Part shown: positions 61,173 through 64,000 of the stretch, in pieces
How positions within the stretch are numbered: position 1 is the first letter of the stretch
Layout of the letters: each line of letters opens with the position of its first letter
NCBI GenBank assembly: GCA_963770565.1
Contig: CAVYQE010000002.1
Span: forward strand, 640,001-704,000
Origin: an uncultured Actinomycetota bacterium
GTDB lineage: Bacteria; Actinomycetota; Actinomycetes; JAFAQI01
Length of the DNA stretch: 64,000 nt
Direction of reading: 5' to 3'
Translations under genes and position numbers: made by a program
The notes under the pieces: model-generated
Told to the model about the DNA's origin: nothing
Database searches by the model: none
The model's input: the letters and a program-made list of their open reading frames with translations, nothing else

Positions 61173-62345
61173 TTACGGCGTTGCGCCGGCCGCCGTGGCG
61201 ATCACGCCGACCAGTCCGGCAGCGATAAGTGTGAGCACGAGGTTGCGTCGCAACGGGATCAGCGCGACCGCCGCCGCCGCGAGCACGCCGTATTGCCAGG
61301 GCTGGGTCAGGGCGCGCGCGAGTGGCACCGCCGAGCCGAGGATGGCACCGATCGCGGCGGGTCCGGCGCCTTCGAGGAAGGCGCGGGCACGCTTGTCGTT
61401 ACGAACCCGGCCGAAGCGGTCGGCGCCGAGCAGGACGAAGCCGAACGACGGCGCGAAGGCGACGAGGGCAGCAAGGAGTCCGCCGCCGCCGACGGCTGCG
61501 GCGTACCCGACCACGGCAACGGTCTGCACCACCGGGCCGGGAGTGATCTGGCCGAGCGCGACGGCGTTGAGAAACTGCCCGCCGCTCATCCAGTGGTAGT
61601 GGCTCACCGCGTCGGCCTGCATCAGCGGGATGATCACGAAGCCGCCGCCGTACGACAGCGCACCGACTTTGAACGCCACCCAGCACAGGCTGAGCAAGGC
61701 TCCGCTCCCGACCGCGCCGGCAACAAACGGCAACGGCGCGATCGCGAGGGTGCGCGCCGACGGTGAGACGGCCCGCCGCGCGACGATCTCGATGAGACCG
61801 CACGCAAGAAGCACGACGACCAGCCAGGGACCGACCGTCGCGGCCGCGACGCCGCCGGCGACGAGGTAGCCGATCCAGCGAACCCGGTGACTGCGCCGGG
61901 CCCAGCTGGACGGGATCAAACCGGTGCCCGCCTGTACGGCGACGGCCGCAACCGCTGCCCCGGTTCCGGCGCCGGCCCCGAGAACCCAGCGAGGTGGCGA
62001 GCCGGACAGGAACAGCGCGCCAAGGGCGAGGATCACCACCAGCCCCGGGACGATGAACGCGGCACCGCCGACAAGTGCGCCCACTCGCCCGCGCAGCCGC
62101 CACGCGCAGTAGATCGCGAGCTGGGTCGAGGCCGGTCCCGGCAACAGGTTGCAGGTTGCAATCGCGTCCTCGAAATCCGCGGCGTCGATCCAGCCTCGTC
62201 GGTCGACACAGAGCTGTCTCAGCAGCTTGATGTGAGTGGGCGGCCCGCCGAACCCGATGCACCCGATCCGGCCCCACTCGCGAGCGACCGTGAGCAGTGC
62301 CGGCGCGGCAGCAGTCCCGCCATCGACGAGCTCGCGTTCACTCAC
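61173..62345 (-). CDS. chrA: Chromate efflux transporter (CHR family, long form)
   Basis: GFGGP, LPGPAS, SYGGG and GQITPGP. Confidence 0.9.
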   Translation of the reverse strand: MSERELVDGGTAAAPALLTVAREWGRIGCIGFGGPPTHIKLLRQLCVDRRGWIDAADFEDAIATCNLLPGPASTQLAIYCAWRLRGRVGALVGGAAFIVPGLVVILALGALFLSGSPPRWVLGAGAGTGAAVAAVAVQAGTGLIPSSWARRSHRVRWIGYLVAGGVAAATVGPWLVVVLLACGLIEIVARRAVSPSARTLAIAPLPFVAGAVGSGALLSLCWVAFKVGALSYGGGFVIIPLMQADAVSHYHWMSGGQFLNAVALGQITPGPVVQTVAVVGYAAAVGGGGLLAALVAFAPSFGFVLLGADRFGRVRNDKRARAFLEGAGPAAIGAILGSAVPLARALTQPWQYGVLAAAAVALIPLRRNLVLTLIAAGLVGVIATAAGATP

Positions 62346-62362
62346 CGGCACCGTCGCATTTG

Positions 62363-62451
62363 CGGAGGGCGTGGGATTCGAACCCACGATGACGCTTCCG
62401 CGCCATAGCGGTTTTCAAGACCGCCGCCATCGGCCACTAGGCGAGCCCTCC
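62363..62451 (-). tRNA. tRNA-Ser(TGA)
   Basis: GGAGGGCTCGCCTAGTGG...GCGGT-CTTGAAA-ACCGC, long variable arm, GGTTCGAATCC. Confidence 0.97.
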
Positions 62452-62490
62452 GAGTCGTGAGGCTACGGGATCGAGCTCAGGTCCACCCGG

Positions 62491-62551
62491 GTTGATCATG
62501 GCGATCCGAGCCGATTTTGGATCGGAGACCGCGCTCTTCGCCATGATCAAC
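62491..62551. repeat. Inverted-repeat element, family B copy 2
   Basis: GTTGATCATGGCGA/TCGCCATGATCAAC, 61 bp; contains the corA stop codon. Confidence 0.85.
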
Positions 62552-63554
62552 GTGTCCCGATGTCTCCCTCTGGTGGCTGCCGACGAAACCACGCGAGCAA
62601 AATCACGCACGGAACGACGAGACCACCGAATCCGAGAACGGCGAACTCCCGCACGCTGTCCATGTGGCCGACCAGCCACCCGAAGTTCTGCCCGAAGAAG
62701 CCGGTGACGAACGTCAGTGGCAGGAACACGGTGGCGATCTTCGTGAGCTGCTCCATGGACGCGTTCTGCCGGACGCTGACCCGGGTCTGCTCGACCGAGA
62801 CCACGGCGATGTTCGCTTCGAGGATCGTGGTCAGCAGGTCGCGCTGCGCAGCGACCTCCTCGTTGATCAGCAGCAGGTGGTCATGGACGTCGCGGAAGTA
62901 CGGCACCAGCTCGGTCTCGCGAACGGCGCGCTCATTGATCGAAAGCACGGCGAGCAGCGGGTGCACTGCCCGGTAGAAGTCGGTCACCTCGCGGCGCAGG
63001 AAGTAGATCCGCTCGGTGGGAGCGACGGTGCCTGAGAAGACGGTGGCCTCGACCTGCTCGATGTCGCGTTCCAGCTCGGCAACGACGGGCGCGTAGCCGT
63101 CGACGATCTGATCGAGGATGGCCCACAGCGCGGAGTAGGGCCCGACCTCGAGCAGTTCGGGGCGTTGTTCGAGTCGTTGCCGTGCATCTCGCAACTCGGA
63201 CGCGACTCCCTGGCGGACGGTGATCACGAAGCTGGGGCCGATGAACACGCTGATCTCGCCGAAGTCGACTTCCTCGCGCTCATCGTCGTAACGTGCCGTG
63301 CGCAGGATTACCAGATGCACACCGCCGTCGTACGGCTCAACCTTCGGCCGTAGATGCAGCGACTGCGCGTCCTCGACCGCGAGTTCGTGCAGGCCGAAGC
63401 TCTCGCTCACCAACGCAAGCTCGTCGGCGGAGGGCTCGAACAGGCCTAGCCAGACGAACCCTCCGTCGCGACACCGCTGGGCCGCCTCTTCGAGGGACAT
63501 CGGCGGGCTCTCTTGGCGACGCCCGTCACGGTAGTGAGCACAGTCGATGATCAT
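62547..63554 (-). CDS. corA: CorA family Mg/Co transporter
   Basis: FVWLGL.EP, LHELAVED, RPK and PLTFVTGFFGQNF (GQN variant of GMN). Confidence 0.9.
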   Translation of the reverse strand: MIIDCAHYRDGRRQESPPMSLEEAAQRCRDGGFVWLGLFEPSADELALVSESFGLHELAVEDAQSLHLRPKVEPYDGGVHLVILRTARYDDEREEVDFGEISVFIGPSFVITVRQGVASELRDARQRLEQRPELLEVGPYSALWAILDQIVDGYAPVVAELERDIEQVEATVFSGTVAPTERIYFLRREVTDFYRAVHPLLAVLSINERAVRETELVPYFRDVHDHLLLINEEVAAQRDLLTTILEANIAVVSVEQTRVSVRQNASMEQLTKIATVFLPLTFVTGFFGQNFGWLVGHMDSVREFAVLGFGGLVVPCVILLAWFRRQPPEGDIGTR

Positions 63555-63784
63555 GGCAAACCGCCCCGGTGTAGCAGCGTGGATCCGTCCCGCTGATCGT
63601 CCCCCATGAGCGGCCCGGCTCCTAGCTCGGGAATCGGTCGCCCGTCAGGGTCGAGTCAGGGCGCCGGCGTAGCCCTGGACGGGCACCGAGAACAAGTTCA
63701 CTCGGTTTCTGACTACCCATCAGAAAGATTGGGCAGTACGTTCCCATGAGAACAGGTTCTCGTTTTCGAGACGACGGAGGATCT

Positions 63785-64000
63785 ATGCGGATCAGCAAGT
63801 TCATGGCGGTCGGCGCCGCCGGATGCGCCATCACGGCCGCGCTCACGATTCCTGCTGCCGCCGGCCCCGCCCATCACGCCGCCAAGCCGGCCGCGGCCAC
63901 GCCGGCCAGGACGAAGCAGTTCCCCTCCACGCTGACCCCCCACACGGTCAAGCCGGGCACACACATGGTGCTCAAGGGCCACGGCGCGAAGAAGAGCACG
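63785..64000 (+). CDS. Secreted protein, N-terminal part (runs off the window edge)
   Basis: GGAGG RBS; MRISKFMAVGAAGCAITAALTIPAAA signal peptide. Confidence 0.65.
   Translation, partial: MRISKFMAVGAAGCAITAALTIPAAAGPAHHAAKPAAATPARTKQFPSTLTPHTVKPGTHMVLKGHGAKKST

Noticed and set aside
63688-63761. GAGAACAAGTTC and GAGAACAGGTTCTC as LexA boxes
   Set aside because: Spacer is 2 nt, whereas the actinobacterial SOS box is GAAC-N4-GTTC; may be another operator but unsupported

Overview
High-GC actinobacterial chromosome segment, judged from mycothiol-dependent, F420-dependent and LAL-regulator genes. It carries about 60 supportable CDSs, many of them secreted, and three minus-strand tRNAs: Arg-ACG, Ser-GCT and Ser-TGA. 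The main accessory feature is a ~17 kb island inserted in tRNA-Ser(GCT), bounded by a 56-bp direct repeat (26328-26383 and 43303-43358), with no recognisable integrase. The island encodes a sulfide/persulfide-handling regulon: a CstR-like repressor, CstB-like persulfide dioxygenase-rhodanese, SQR, rhodanese, TauE, DUF2892, thioredoxin, peroxiredoxin and an MMPL transporter, with six ATACCC-N4-GGGTAT-type operators. It also carries an unexpected MshC-like cysteine ligase, a NUDIX hydrolase, a PIG-L amidase and a 57-aa Cys-rich protein missed by the ORF track. Outside the island are a modular intergenic palindromic repeat family (23 bp + n x 31 bp, five copies), a second 61-bp inverted-repeat family, two matching promoters flanking a LAL regulator, and several gene relics or frameshifts. 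All calls come from motif recognition by eye; no database search was run. Start codons were chosen from RBS context and may be off by a few codons.
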